The position numbers and the translations under genes are program-made. Of a DNA stretch of 64,000 nucleotides, positions 1-13,231 are shown in pieces. The notes below the pieces were generated by a model, which saw only the letters and a program-made list of their open reading frames with translations, did not search any database and was not told the DNA's origin. Origin of the DNA: Eledone cirrhosa (Eukaryota); the NCBI GenBank assembly GCA_964016885.1, contig OZ024742.1:139624001-139688000 (forward strand). Reading direction: 5' to 3'. How positions within the stretch are numbered: position 1 is the stretch's first letter; each line of letters opens with the position of its first letter.

Positions 1-392
1 ATGGCAATAAAGTCAGTTGGACCACAAACGTTGCCTGCAAATACAAATAATGTATCTCATTAGACCTTGAAACAAATAAATCGAAAAAGTAAGATACAAA
101 CCCCCGCCCACTCTGCCCGGTCTCAAGAAGATGAAAGAGTGAAAATGCTACCAATTACATCAAACGTCAATCTAAATAGACATGTAATATGAGATTCTGG
201 TGTCCAGTTCTCTTAAGAGTTTCTTACCATTGAAACCCAATATAGTAAATGTAAATCCATGAAATCCGATTTAACAACTCTTTATGGGATTCCCGGCTGA
301 TTCATTTCTCACCTAATGTTTTTCCTTCCAGCCCTCAGAAAGGTGTGGTGATGAAACCATTTTGTGAGTAGTATATATATATATATATATAT

Positions 393-2098
393 ATGGACCA
401 GGTCATGAAAGTAACAGAAAGAGTTATAGCACAGTTGATTAGGGACCAGGTGAAACTAGATGAGATGCAATTTGGGTTTGTGCCAGGAAGAGGCACCACT
501 GATGCCCTCTTCCTTGTGAGGCAGTTACAGGAAAAGAACCTAGCTAAAAGTAAGCCACTCTACCTGGCATTCGTCGATCTCAAGAAAGCCTTTGACAGAG
601 TTCCCCGTGCTATAATCTGGTAGGCTCTTAGAAAACTAGGAGTAGATGAATGGCTTGTGAAAGCTGTACAAGCCATGTATAAGGGAGCAATCAGCAAAGT
701 TTGGATTAGCAATGACTATAGCAAAGAATTTAGCATACAGGTTGGTGTCCACCAGAGCTCTGTTCTTAGCCCTCTCCTGTTCATCATAGTTCAGCAGACA
801 ATAACGGAGGAGTTTAAAACCGGATGCCCATGGGAAATCCTGTATGGAGATGACCTCGCACTTATAGCTGAATCTATGGTAGAACTAGAGAAGAAATTCC
901 AAACTTGGAAGCAGGGACTAGAAAGAAAGGGTCTCAAAGTCAACCTGACAAAGACTAAGGTCCTTGTAAGTAGACGAGAAAACAGAACTCAGATCCCCTC
1001 AGGGAAATGGCCTTGCTCAGTATGTAGGAAAGGTGTAAGTAGGAACTACATTCTCTGCCCCAAATGCAAACAATGGGTGCACAAGAGATGTAGTGGAATC
1101 TCAGGAAGCTTAACTAAGAATGTAGGCTTCACATGTAGCAGCTGTGCTGGGACAGCAAGCAGCCACAGGAAACAAGTACCACCAAACTCTGGGAGGGCTC
1201 TGAGAAACAGTAGACAGCTTCTGCTACCTAGGTGACCGAATTAGCAGCGGAGGTAGGTGTTCAGAAAGTACAATAACTAGAGTAAGAACGGGCTGGAAGA
1301 GGTTCAGGGAGCTACTGCCACTGCTAGCTGCAAAAGGCTTTCCCTCAAAATGAAAGGCAGACTGTATGATGCGTGTATACGAACAGCAATGTTACATGGT
1401 AGTGAGACCTGGGCGCTGAAGGTGGAAGACTTGCATAGATTAGAAAGAAACGAAGTCTGCATGCTCCAATGGTTGTGTAATAGTAATATACGTGAACAAC
1501 AAAGCATAAATGAATTGAGAGAGAGACTGAACATAAGAGGAATGAAATGCTGTGTGCAGGAGAGGCAGTTGCATCGGTATGGACATGTGATGCGTATGAA
1601 GGATGACAGCTGCACTAGAAGTCGATGGAAACCGCAGAGTAGGGAGACCCAAGAAGACCTGGGATGAGGTGATAAAAGCCGACCTTACGCAATTGTACCT
1701 CTCAAGGGCATTGACACACGACCGTGACCTCTGGCGTCACGCAGTAATACAGAGTACCCGACTTCCCACGAGTACAAGCCGAAGCTGAAGCATATAGACA
1801 ATATGCCCCCACACCCTCCCACTGCAAAGTGGTCGTGGAGGTGCCACAGCAAAAAAGCACCCAGCCCACACTGTAAAATGGACGTGTAGGCGCCATGGAA
1901 AAAAGTACCCTGAACTCACTGTAAATGAGGTTGGTGTTAGGAAGGGTATCCAGCTGTAGAAATCAAGCCAGAATCAGTTCCCATATGAGCAAGGCATGGT
2001 CAGCCGACCGGACACTGTCCACAACAGGACAACCTGTCTAACCCATGCTAGCGTGGAAGACGGACGTAAAACGGTGATGATGATGATGATGATGATGA
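393..2098 (+). mobile_element. RTE-clade LINE, family A, 5'-truncated and disrupted (RT + internal PHD finger + 3' UTR + (TGA)n tail)
   Basis: ORF pieces 393-623, 657-1235 and 1350-1667 show QFGF, FVDLKKAFD, YGDD and LHGSETW motifs; in-frame stop and frameshifts; starts at a (TA)n tract and ends in gatgatgatga. Confidence 0.95.
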
Positions 2099-2217
2099 AT
2101 TAAGGTGTTTGCTCCAACATAGTTGTACACATATATGTATGTATGTAAAGTTTGTATATCGAATAATATACAATATGCTTACGAAAAATATTTGAAAGCT
2201 TTTCGCTATGAATTTTA

Positions 2218-2485
2218 TAGGTGGTGGCTAGATGCCACCTACTGAGTTCCAGCAGAAACAAGAGGGAAGTCATCGACAGCTGTTTCTGTCTTGTTTGACC
2301 ACTGTCAAGTTAACACACTCCTTTACCTCATTTTGTGGATTATTTGAGTTCCAGTATGAAAGCCAGGTAATTGGGTGCATTAACCTGACAACATGACAAT
2401 GACCAGACAAACCAGAAACAGCTGTTGGTGACTTCCATTTTGCTTCTGCTGGAACTTGATAGGTGGCAACTAGTTACCACCATTA
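2218..2485. mobile_element. MITE-like element with imperfect terminal inverted repeats of about 90 bp
   Basis: gtggtggctagatgccacctactgagttccagcagaa... is mirrored by ...ttctgctggaacttgataggtggcaactagttaccac. Confidence 0.7.
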
Positions 2486-2519
2486 AAATTCATACCTAAA
2501 GACTTTCAAATGTTTATTA

Positions 2520-2790
2520 GTATCTAGAATAAGGAAATGATGGAAGAAGTTTAGGGAGCTGCTTCCTCTGGATACTATGAAAGGTTTCTCTCTACGAACG
2601 AAAGGTCGGTTGTATGATGCCTGTGTGAGATGTGTGATGCTGCATGGTAGTGAGACATGGACAGCAATTGCGGAGGATATGCGAAGGCTGGAGAGAAATG
2701 AAGCAAGCATGTTCCGATGGATGTGCAATGTCAATGTGCATGAAAGACCAAGCATGGACGAGTTGAGTGGAACTTTGTATAAGAAGAATA
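2520..2790 (+). mobile_element. RTE LINE family C-like internal fragment
   Basis: KGFSLRTKGRLYDACVRCVMLHGSETW closely matches the 46299-49259 ORF. Confidence 0.85.
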
Positions 2791-3007
2791 AACTGTAGTG
2801 TCCGACACACACACACATATACACTCACATACATAGAAACAATACAAAATAGGCCCATACACACACACACAAACATGCACACACTCAAGTTCACATACAT
2901 GTACAAAAAACAAATAACTCAGAGACATACACGGACACACACCTGTGCACACACAAATAATATAAGACTCAGAAACAAGCACGCATACACACACACACAC
3001 ACACACA

Positions 3008-3280
3008 GAAGCAATAATGACAACCTGCCAATTTCACCCCATCAGCACACACCTGGAACCTCCACTTCGGCACTTACTCCCGAATGCTGGACCACTCGCC
3101 TACCACCCACAACCTACTAAGCAACCTTTTCCAAACTCTCATGTGCCTTCCCTGAAATCTCCATTTCCTGACGAAGGATTTCCATCCGAAGCACAGAACC
3201 CTCCACTACTTCCTCCTAAGCATGATCTTAATAAGTCTTTGTGTTTTTGCATCTCTGTTTTTGTGCTATTTCTTCAACTA
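3008..3280 (+). mobile_element. Penelope-like element 3' remnant with degenerate hammerhead core
   Basis: RSNNDNLPISPHQH resembles a GIY-YIG C-terminus; CTGACGA-AGGAT-TTCC-ATCC-GAAG at about 3168-3191; ends in (TA)n. Confidence 0.5.
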
Positions 3281-3302
3281 TATATATATATATATATATT
3301 GT

Positions 3303-4873
3303 TATACCTAGCTAAAAGTAAACCCCTATACTTAGCTTTTGTTGACTTGGAGAAAGCCTTTGATAGAGTCCCCCGTGCCATTATCTGGTGGGTTCTTAGA
3401 AAACTAGGTGTTGATGAATGGCTTGTGAGAGCTATACAAGCCATGTATAAAGAAACAGTCAGTAAGGTTAGGATTAACAACGAATATAGTGAAGAGTTTA
3501 GCGTAAAAGTTGGTGTTCATCAGGGCTCCGCTCTTAGCCCCCTACTATTTATTATTGCCCTTCAGGCTATAACAGAGGAGTTCAAGACCGGCTGCCCATG
3601 GGAACTCCTATACGCAGATGATCTACCGCTCATAGCTGAATCAATGGCTAAACTAGAGAAGAAATTCCAAACATGGAAGCATGGCCTAGAATCAAAAGGC
3701 CTTAAAATTAACCTGTCTAAGACTAAAGATCTAGTTTGTAGGAAGGAAAATAGGGCACCGGTCCCATCTGGGAAATGGCCATGCTCAGTGTGTAGGAAAG
3801 AAGTAGGCAGAAACTCCATTTTATGTCCAAAATGCAAAGTATGGGTGCATAAAAGATGTAGTGGGATCACAGGTAAGCTAACTAAGAATATAGATTTTAT
3901 ATGTGACCGGTGCTCAGGTGCAATAAGTAGCAGCAAGTGCCCACTGAATACTAGCTCATTCCATTGCACAAATGGTTCTATAGAAATAGTGGACACCTTC
4001 CGTTACCTGGGTGACAAAATCAGCAGTGGTGGAGGGTGCTCTGAAAGTACAGTACCTAGAGTCAGAAGGGGATGGAAAAGGTTCAGAGAGCTTATACCAC
4101 TATTGGCCGCTAAAGGGTTCTCTCTAAAAATGAAAGGCAGACTGTATGATGCCTGCATACGAACAGCAATGTTACATGGCAGTGAGACTTGGGCAATGTG
4201 TGCAGACTGGAGAGAAACGAAGCTTGCATGCTCCGCTGGATGTGTAATAGTAATAAGAGGGATCAGATGTTGTTTACTCAAGAGAAGACTTCGTTGGTAT
4301 GGTCAAGTGATGCGCATGAAAGACGACAGCTGTATAAAAAAGTGCAGGGCAATAAAAATAGATGGTAGCCACGGAGTAGGCAGACCCAGAAAAACCTGTG
4401 ACGACTTGATAAATTCCGACTTCACACACTTACACCTCTCCAAGACAATGTCACTGGACCAAGATCTTTGGTGCTACACACTAATACAGAAGACCCGCCT
4501 TGCATAAGTACAAAGCGAAACCTACAGTCAGTAGGCACCTCTAACAAAAATACACCCCCGTCCCATCCACACCACCCTTTTCAATGTAAAGTTATGTTGG
4601 TACCATAACATACAGGCCGAAACAAATGAGGTCATGTAGGTGTCACGACAAAAAAAACACACAGTCCACGCTGTAATGTGGCCGTGTAGGTAACACGGTA
4701 AAACCCTCCCAGTCCACACTGTAAACGTGGTTGGTGTTAGGAAGGGCATCCAGCCGTAGAAAACCCGCCAGACAGTCCTATACGAGCAAGTCAACCAATC
4801 TTGCCTCAAGTGGGAAAATTCCCATCCAAACCCATGCAAGCATGGAAGATGGATGTTAAACGATGATGATGAT
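3303..4873 (+). mobile_element. RTE LINE family B, 5'-truncated with internal deletions
   Basis: FVDLEKAFD, YADD, PHD cysteines and FRYLG in ORF 3017-4507; 3' UTR and (TGA)n tail; follows (TA)n. Confidence 0.95.
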
Positions 4874-4950
4874 ATATATATATATATATATAATGACGGC
4901 GATGAATTTGTTTTGCGAGGTTTTTGATATGAAATTGTGTGTCAAAACAA

Positions 4951-5217
4951 ATATTGTTATACTTGGGGAGGGTCATATTGTTGTAATAATATTGCCAGAA
5001 ATAATAACTGAACACACTCACTGTTTTTGCTGGTTTTCAATGTTTATCATTGACTGACCAACGGTTGGTTAGTCAATGACAAACATTGATTGCCAAATAA
5101 ATAAACTATAGAGATATAAAAGATGCAGAAGCGAAAACCAACTAAACTGAGTGTGGTCAGTTATTATTTCTAGCAATATTATTACAACAATATGACCCTC
5201 CCCAACTATAACAATAT
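4951..5217. mobile_element. Palindromic MITE-like element between two tail-to-tail RTEs
   Basis: atattgttatacttggggagggtcatattg / caatatgaccctccccaactataacaatat terminal inverted repeats, plus an internal hairpin at about 5037-5090. Confidence 0.75.
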
Positions 5218-5227
5218 ATATATATAT

Positions 5228-6883
5228 ATCATCATCATCATCATCATTATCATCGTTTAACGTCCATATTCCACGCTTGCATGGGTTTGGATGGGAGTTT
5301 TCCCACTTGAGGCAAGAGTGGTTGTCTTGCTCGCATAGGACTGACTGGCGGGTTTTCTACGGCTGGATGCCCTTCCTAACACCAACCACATTTACAGTGT
5401 GGAACTGGGAGGTTTTTACCGTGTTACCTACATGGCCACATTTGTTTCGGCCTGGATGTTGTGGTACCAACATAACTTTATATTGAAAGGGGTGGTGTGG
5501 ATGGGGTGGGGGTAGTGGGACGGGGGGGTGTTTTGTTAGAGGTGCCTACTGACTGTAGTAGGTTTTACTTTGTATTTAGGTAAGGCGGGTCTTCTCTATT
5601 ACTGTGTAGCACCAAAGATCTCGGTCCAGTGACATTGTCTTGGAGAGGTGTAAGTGTGTGAGGTCGGAATTTATCAAGTCGTCCCAGGGTTTTCTGGGTC
5701 TGCCTACTCCGTAGCTACCGTCTATTTTTATTGCCCTGCACTTTTTTATACAGCTGTCGTCTTTCATGCGCATCACGTGACCATACCAACGTAGCCTTCT
5801 CTTGAGTAAACAACATCTGATCCCTCTTATTTCTAATTTTTCCCTTAGTTCATTTATGCTTTGCCGTTCACGTATATTACTATTACACATCCAGCGGAGC
5901 ATGCAAGCTTCGTTCCTCTCTAGTCTGCGTATATCCTCTGCACACAATGCCCAGGTCTCACTGCCATGCAACATTGCTGTTCGTATGCAGGCATCATACA
6001 GCCTGCCTTTCATTTTTAGGGAGAACCCTTTAACGGCTAATAGTGGTATAAGCTCTCTGAAATTTTTCCAACCAGTTCTGACTCTAGCTACTGTACTTTC
6101 AGAGCACCCACCCCCACTGCTGATTTTGTCACCCAGGTAACGGAAGCTGTCCACTATTTCTATAGAACCATCTGTGCAATTGAAAGAGCTAGTATTCTGT
6201 GGGCACTTGCTGCTACTTATTGCACCAGAGCACCGGCCACATATAAAATCTATGTTCTTAGTTAGCTTACCTGTGATCCCACTACATCTTTTATGCACAC
6301 ATACTTTGCATTTGGGACTAAAAATGGAGTTTCTACCTATTCCTTTCCTACACACTGAGCATGGCCATTTCCCAGATGGGACCGGCGCCCTATTTTCCTT
6401 CCTACAAACTAGAACTTTAGTCTTAGACAGGTTAATTTTAAGGCCTTTTGATTCTAGGCCATGCTTCCATGTTTGGAATTTCTTCTCTAGTTCGGCCATT
6501 GATTCAGCTATGAGCGTTACATCATCTGCGTATAGGAGTTCCCATGGGCAGCCGGTCTTGAACTCCACTGTTATAGCCTGAAGGGCAATAATAAATAGTA
6601 GGGGGCTAAGAACAGAGCCCTGATGAACACCAACTTTTACGCTAAACTCTTCACTATATTCGTTGTTAATTCTAACCTTGCTGACTGTTTCTTTATACAT
6701 GGCTTGTATAGCTCTCACCAGCCATTCATCAACACCTAGTTTTCTAAGAGCCCACCAGATAATGGAACGGGGGACTCTGTCGAAGGCTTTCTCAAAGTCG
6801 ACAAAAGCTAAGTATAGGGTTTACTTTTAGCTAGGTACTTCTCCTGTAGTTGTCGTACAATGAAAAGAGCGTCTGTGGTACTT
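5228..6883 (-). mobile_element. RTE LINE family B, 5'-truncated
   Basis: ORF 5576-6718 (YADD, PHD, FRYLG, RGRPR-like C-terminus); (TCA)n tail at 5228-5253; 5' end next to (TA)n. Confidence 0.95.
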
Positions 6884-6914
6884 AATGTGTATATATATAT
6901 ATATATATATACAC

Positions 6915-7285
6915 ATTATTAAAAGATTGGAGGCCATGTTCAGTTGATTCAGGCTTATTTAAAACTCAATTATACATATTTCACTGAGGACTATCAGTTA
7001 TGATAACCTGAGCTCTTCAGACGGCAAACCCTAAATAAAATAAACATTGAAAGTTCCTAAGAAACCTTTAAATTTGGAAAAATCAAATAATTTCCCCGAA
7101 AAAAATTTTATTTTCGTGATACAGGGGCCAGCTTTTGTAGAAACAACACCGTGCATTCAGCCAGCCCCCGGTTTTGACATCTGAAGAGCTCAGGCTATCA
7201 TAACTGATAGTCCTCAGTGAAATATGTATAACAGAGTTTTAAATAAACCTGAATCAACTGAATATGGCCTCGGATCTTTTATTAA
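6915..7285. mobile_element. Inverted pair of Penelope-like pLTR ends, each arm with a minimal hammerhead motif
   Basis: Inverted arms of about 115 bp; each reads CTGAAGA-stem II-GAAAT ATGT ATA, then AATAA(A/G), pointing outward. Confidence 0.65.
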
Positions 7286-7292
7286 TATATAC

Positions 7293-7817
7293 TTGTTTCT
7301 ACTTTTGGCACAAGGCCACCAATTACCCAGTGCATTACTGGTACTTTATTTTATCGACCCCGTAAGGATGAAAGGCAAAATTAACCTCAGCAGGATTTGA
7401 ACTCAGATCTTTTATTAATATATAATTGTTTCTACTTTAGGCACAAGGCCAGCAATTACCCAGTGCATTACTGGTACTTTATTTTATCGACCCCGTAAGG
7501 ATGAAAGGCAAAGTCAACCTAGGAGGGATTTGAACTCAGATCGTAAAGGGACGTAACTATGCTGGAAAGCATGGCGTCCGACCCTCTACTGATACTGCCA
7601 ATCCACCGCCCTTGGTCTTTTATTAATATATAATTGTTTCTACTTTTGGCACAAGGCCAGCAATTACTCAGTGTATTACTGGTACTTTATTTTATCGACC
7701 CCGTAAGGATGAAAGGCAAAGTTAACCTCGGCGGGATTTGAACTCAGAATGGCAAGGGCTGTAACTGTATGCGTCAAAGCATGGCGTCCGACCCTCTACC
7801 GATACTGCCAATCCACA
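7293..7817 (-). mobile_element. Three tandem copies of a tRNA-derived SINE (Meta-domain-like core)
   Basis: A-box-like TGGCAGTATC, B box GAGTTCAAATCC and core GCCTTTCATCCTTACGGGGTCGATAAAATAAAGTACC; first copy is partial. Confidence 0.85.
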
Positions 7818-7925
7818 TGCTCCGACTTTATACAGCGCTTCTTTTTATCTGTTTCGCAACCGACAGACCATAATGTGGTCCACACATCTCTGTTCAGTTA
7901 ACCCATACTCTAATATATATATATA

Positions 7926-8649
7926 CTAGCTAAACTACCCATCCTTTGGACGGTTCAAGTAGCTTTCGATGTAGCTCATTAAACTAAACAAAGTAAATTT
8001 GAATACATAGAAGAAAAACGTACTTTATGTAAAGCTGAAAACCTTAGGCACTATTCCAGCGAAATAATTAATATGTGAGCTCTGTGTCATCCGTTATACC
8101 ATGCAACAACAGAAATTCAGTCTATGTATTTTTTTGACAACAGTAAAAGTGCATCATGAAATAGAGAAGTGAAGTGAATAATAAAAACTATTATGTACAA
8201 AGCATAATATTGTAAAAGTTATGACATCACTTAATGTATGAACATCAAGCTTGAAACGATAAATTATACAATGTCAAATCTATAACTTAACTAGTAATCT
8301 GTTAGAAATTGCTGGTTGTGAAATATACAAAATGATATTGTTAGTCTCAATGAAGCGTACCTTTTGTTTCAAGTACAAAGAGTAAATTGAAATCCAAATG
8401 AGCCGAATTACGAAAGATAACTCTTGTCTTACTTAATCACGAAAATTGACACAAATCACCGAAACTTTTTTAATGTCTCCAAATATCGATTTTTGAAAGC
8501 CTTTGTAAAACATATACAAGTTTTGTGCAAGGAGAAGCTCTGTAAAAAATTTCAAAGAAAGCGCATGAATGGTTTAGAATATATGAGCCCTCATTAAAAA
8601 TTGCCCACACACACATATAGAAAACTTCGTCTTTATATATACACAGAGA
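7926..8649 (-). mobile_element. Non-autonomous Helitron-like element
   Basis: Minus-strand 3' end has a hairpin (accgtccaaaggatgggt) then CTAG followed by T; 5' end TC...TATATAAAG. Confidence 0.55.
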
Positions 8650-8708
8650 AAATGAGTGTGTGTTGTGTATATATATATATATATATATATGCCTGCGTGT
8701 GTGTGTGT

Positions 8709-10422
8709 CATCATCATCATCATCATCATCACCGTTTTACGTCCGTTCTTCCACGCTAGCATGGGTTAGATGGGTTGTCCTGTTGTGGGCAGTGTCTGGT
8801 CGGCTGACCATGCCTTGCTCATACAGGAACTGATCTGGCTTGATTTCTACAGCTGGATGCCCTTCCTAACACCAACCTCATTTACAGTGAGTGCTGGGTG
8901 CTTTTTCATGGCACCTACACATCCACTTTACAGTGTGGGCTGGGTGCTTTTTTGCCGTGGCACCTCCACGACCACCTTGCGGTGGGGGGTGTGGGGGCAT
9001 ATTGTCTATATGCTTCAGCTTGTACACATGGGAGGTCGGGTACTCTGTATTACTGCGTGAGCCAGAAGTCACGGTCGTGTGTCATTGTCTTTGAGAGGTG
9101 TAATTGGGTAAGGTCGGCTTTTATCACCTCATTCCAGGTCATCTTGGGTCTCCCCACTCCGCGGTTTCCATCAACTTCTAGTGCTCTGCACCTTTTTATG
9201 CAGCTGTCATCCTTCATACGCATCAAATGTCCATACCAGCGCAACCGCCTCTCCTGCACACAGCATTTGATTCCTCTTATGTTCAGTCTCTCTCTCAATT
9301 CATTTATGCTTTGTCGTTCATGTATATTACTGTTACACATCCATCGGAGCATGCAGGCTTCGTTTCTCTCTAATCTACGTAAGTCTTCCACCTTCAGCGC
9401 CCAGGTCTCACTACCATGCAACATCGCTGTTCGGATACACGCATCATACAGTCTGCCTTTCATTCTGAGGGAGAAGCCTTTTGCAGCTAGCAGTGGTAGT
9501 AGTTCCCTAAACTTCTTCCATCCCGTTCTTACCCTAGTTATTGTACTTTCTGAACACCCACCTCCGCTGCTAATTCGGTCACCTAGGTAGCAGAAGCTGT
9601 CTACTGTTTCTACAGGGCCCTCCCAGAGATTGGTGGTACTTGTTTCCTGTGGCTGTTTGCTGCTTGCTGTCTCAGCACAGCTGCTGCATGTGAATCCTAC
9701 ATTCTTAATTAAGCTTCCTGAGATCCCGCTACATCTCTTGTGCACCCATTGTTTGCATTTGGGGCAGAGAATGGAGTTCCTACCTACACCTTTCCTACAT
9801 ACTGAGCAAGGCCATTTCCCTGAGGGGATCTGGGTTCTGTTTTCTCGTCTACTTACAAGGACCTTAGTCTTTGTCATGTTGACTTTGAGACCCTTTCTTT
9901 CTCGTCCCTGCTTCCAAGTTTGGAATTTATTCTCTAGTTCTACCATAGATTCAGCTATGAGTGCGAGGTCATCAGCATACAGGAGTTCCCATGGGCATCC
10001 GGTCTTAAACTCCTCCGTTATTGCCTGCAGGACTATGATGAACAGGAGAGGGCTAAGAACAGAGCCCTGGTGGACACCAACCTGTACGCTAAATTCCTCG
10101 CTATACTCATTGCTAATCCTAACTTTGCTGACTGCTCCCCTATACATGGCTTGTACCGCTTTCACAAGCCATTCATCTACTCCTAGAGCCCACTAGATTA
10201 CAGCACGTGGAACTCTGTCAAAGGCTTTCTCAAGGTCGACAAATGCCAAGTAGATTGGCTTACTTTTAGCTAGGTACTTTTCCTGTAATTGCCTCACAAG
10301 GAAGAGGGCATCAGTGGTGCCTCTTCCTGGTACAAACCTAAATTGCATCTCGTCTATTTTCACCCGGTCCCTAATCAGCTGTGCTATAACTCTTTCTGTT
10401 ACTTTCATGACCTGGTCCATCA
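8709..10422 (-). mobile_element. RTE LINE family A, 5'-truncated
   Basis: ORFs 10193-10423 and 9050-10165 with RT motifs and an intact PHD; (TCA)n tail at 8709-8730. Confidence 0.95.
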
Positions 10423-10930
10423 ACTCTGTGTGTGTGTGTGTATATACATATATATATATATATACATATATATGTGCATGTGTGTCTACATATTCCCATT
10501 CAGTACTAACTAAAATGTTTATTGTCGAGCAAATGTTTCGTGAACATGGCCTATCATAAACATTCCATTGTTCAATTGAATTTCTGCTTGAGAATGAAAT
10601 ACCGAATAAGTGCTGCAGTCATTATTAGGATTAAGGCAAGGGTTGTGGATTGGCAGAATCATTAAAGCATTTCACAAAATGCTCTGCTGCATTTAATTAC
10701 AGACCTTTATGATCTAAGGTCAAATCCCGTCGAGGTCAACATTGCTTTTCAACCTCCCGGAGCTGATAAATTAAAATAACAATCAATCAACTTTGCGATT
10801 TACCCCAAATTTTCAGGTCTTTTGCTTAAATTTGAATCAATGTTGCAAGCTGCTGATGCCTTCCACAATGTATTATCTTTTACTACACACAACTTTCTGG
10901 CAGGTGATGATTATCAGATAAGAAACTTAC

Positions 10931-11083
10931 GTGGATCAACTGATCTTAGTTTGAATTTAAAGCCTCTGTATTCGTATGAAACATCGGTATGGAACTGAAT
11001 ACGTATAACAGATTGACTACTGAGGATTGTGGGTTTTTCTGTTCCACACCAACGTTTTATTAAAGAAGAATTTGACTCGTCAC
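10931..11083 (-). CDS. Multi-CUB gene, CUB4 exon C (GDESNSSLIKRWCGTEKPTILSSQSVIRIQFHTDVSYEYRGFKFKLRSVDP)
   Basis: ctttcag acceptor, gtaagt donor, 153 nt, phase 1-1; CUB motifs WCG and FHTDxxxxxRGF. Confidence 0.92.
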
Positions 11084-11154
11084 CTGAAAGAAATAAAATA
11101 TTTAAAATATTTATACATATGTAGACACACAGATACACACATATATATATGATG

Positions 11155-11780
11155 AGGGTTTAGATCGATACTCAGTGATTTCAATCTCGTTAACAATTTG
11201 CTCAAAAAATTCATTTCGAGCATGCGAATAGGATTAATTGTAAGACAACACTCCCAGCCAGAAGACTAAGTTCTGAAAACAGTGTAATTATTGTATCAAC
11301 AGATTAATATGTGAAGACGTTAAAGTACTTACAATTTCATCAATAGAAACAGCCAGTATCCCCCTAAATTAGCACATAAAAATCTGATGGACTACTGTTT
11401 CAAACTTCGTGCAGAATCTGTTGTTCATCGATTAATACTAAATCCATAACCAGCAAATTCTGAACAAGAGAATTCTCATCAGCCAGCAGTCCTTTGAGGA
11501 ATTTCCGAAAATCGACCTTACTACTAAATTTTTTAAGTCAGTGCCAGTATCCCATGTGTGGCACTAACTGCTTGTCGGTCAGCAAATGGCAGCAACAGTG
11601 GCTGACTGGTTGGGAATGGCAGTAATGCTTAATATAGCAGCATGACTAGAAACAATTTTGAGAGTTAATTATAATAATAAAGGTTTAGATTGATATCAAG
11701 TGATTTCAATCTCGTTATCTACAATTTGCTCAACAAATTCATTTGGAGCACTCACATAACATTAATTGTAAGACACACAC
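11155..11780. repeat. Diverged direct repeat of about 95 bp (11157-11251 and 11681-11780) flanking about 430 bp
   Basis: ggtttagat...gtgatttcaatctcgtta...aattgtaagaca occurs twice. Confidence 0.6.
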
Positions 11781-12399
11781 ATATATATGAGAGGCTCGAA
11801 CCCTGCATCTCTCATATTCCTGATAAGCTAAATGTCCCCAGCTAATTGTAGTTTCCCCCATATATCTATAATAATATTCGATCATATAAATAATACTTGA
11901 AAATAATTGGCTAAAGTACCCCTTGAGGTGGAAAAACGTGGACGTCTTTGTTCACGTTTTCCATTTTCAAGGCATTTTCATATTCAACTATCATATATAA
12001 TGAACAACTATTATTGTAGTTATACACTGGGAAAATTGCTGGCCTTGTGCCAAAAGTAGAAACAATTATTTTAGTTATCTGCATTGTGGTGACAATATCT
12101 TCAAATTTCATATTCCCCAATGCTTCGTAATTCATCCGGATGTTTAAAGGAAAATTATTTAATTCAACACTGTATTTCTAAATTACTCTACTTTTAAAAT
12201 CAATGCAATTAATTCTTAGTTGTACATGCTTTACCATCTCCATAATGAATGTAGGGATGAAGGCTATACTGGCTTCAAGAGATTATGTACCTACTAGCAT
12301 AACATATACTGGATATCCTTCAACGTTTAGACAGTAAACGTAAAGTATGTTATTTTACCATAACTTTGATGTTTGACTTTGATGTATGTAGTCTCTCTG

Positions 12400-13080
12400 T
12401 TTTATCTTCAGTTATCAACTTATAAAGTCGAATATTCTGTGTGGAAAATTTGTCTACACATAAATGTTACCAAGACAGAGTACACGTCACTAAATCAAGA
12501 AAATGGATATCTTGTCACACTGGATGGCGAAATACTAAATCAAGTTGATGGCTTTTTATGTTTGGGCAGTTGGATGAGTTCATCAAAAAAGACATTGACA
12601 TAAGAATTTCCAAAGTCTAGGTTGCAATGAACAAAATGTTAAGAATATGGATGTCAGATCTACCAAGAAAAATCAAAATAGCATTCTTCAAGAACATCTG
12701 TTGAGTCAGTGTTATTGTATGGATCAGGTACATGAACCCTGACACAAGCACTTGAGAAGCTAGATGGGACGTACACTAAAATGCTTAGGATTGTACAAAA
12801 CATAAACTGATGTCAACGTATTACAAATGAAAGTTTATACGAAAAATTGCCCAAGATTAAGACAATTACAATTTGTAAGACATTGCAGGAGAAGTAAGCA
12901 CAAAGTTGTACACAAGTTACTATTGTGGGAAACAACTAACGGGAGACGCAGTAGAGGAAGACACGATCGAACCTTCATCAATCAACTCTCAGTTGATATA
13001 AACCTCAGTAGGAGGCAATGAAAAATCGTGAATTGTCTGGAATGTTCAACTGTTGTCATAATGGTGAAGATGATGATCAA
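12400..13080 (+). mobile_element. Degenerate RTE-like LINE 3' fragment lacking the PHD insertion
   Basis: LHINVTKTE...VDGFLCLGSW, then VESVLLYGS and LLWE..GRRSRGR; many stops. Confidence 0.8.
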
Positions 13081-13231
13081 CATATAAATTGCAATTATGC
13101 TCAGTGAATTATACAATTAAACCATGTTTAAAATGAATGTTTGAGCCAATTTCAATAGCTGCATTTACTTCAACAACATAGAGCTAGCCTTTTATTTCAA
13201 TATTCATGAAAAACACTTTTTTAACACTTAC

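Noticed and set aside
228-312. Possible downstream CUB-gene exon (gtaaga donor)
   Set aside because: Stop codons in all three frames from the nearest acceptor, and no domain motif.
3017-3302. Novel N-terminal extension on the 496-aa ORF
   Set aside because: Chance in-frame read-through from a Penelope remnant and (TA)n (YIYIYI) into a truncated RTE.
7293-7817. tRNA genes or CRISPR-like array
   Set aside because: The A/B boxes belong to SINE heads with no cloverleaf; there is no repeat-spacer structure or cas gene in this eukaryotic DNA.
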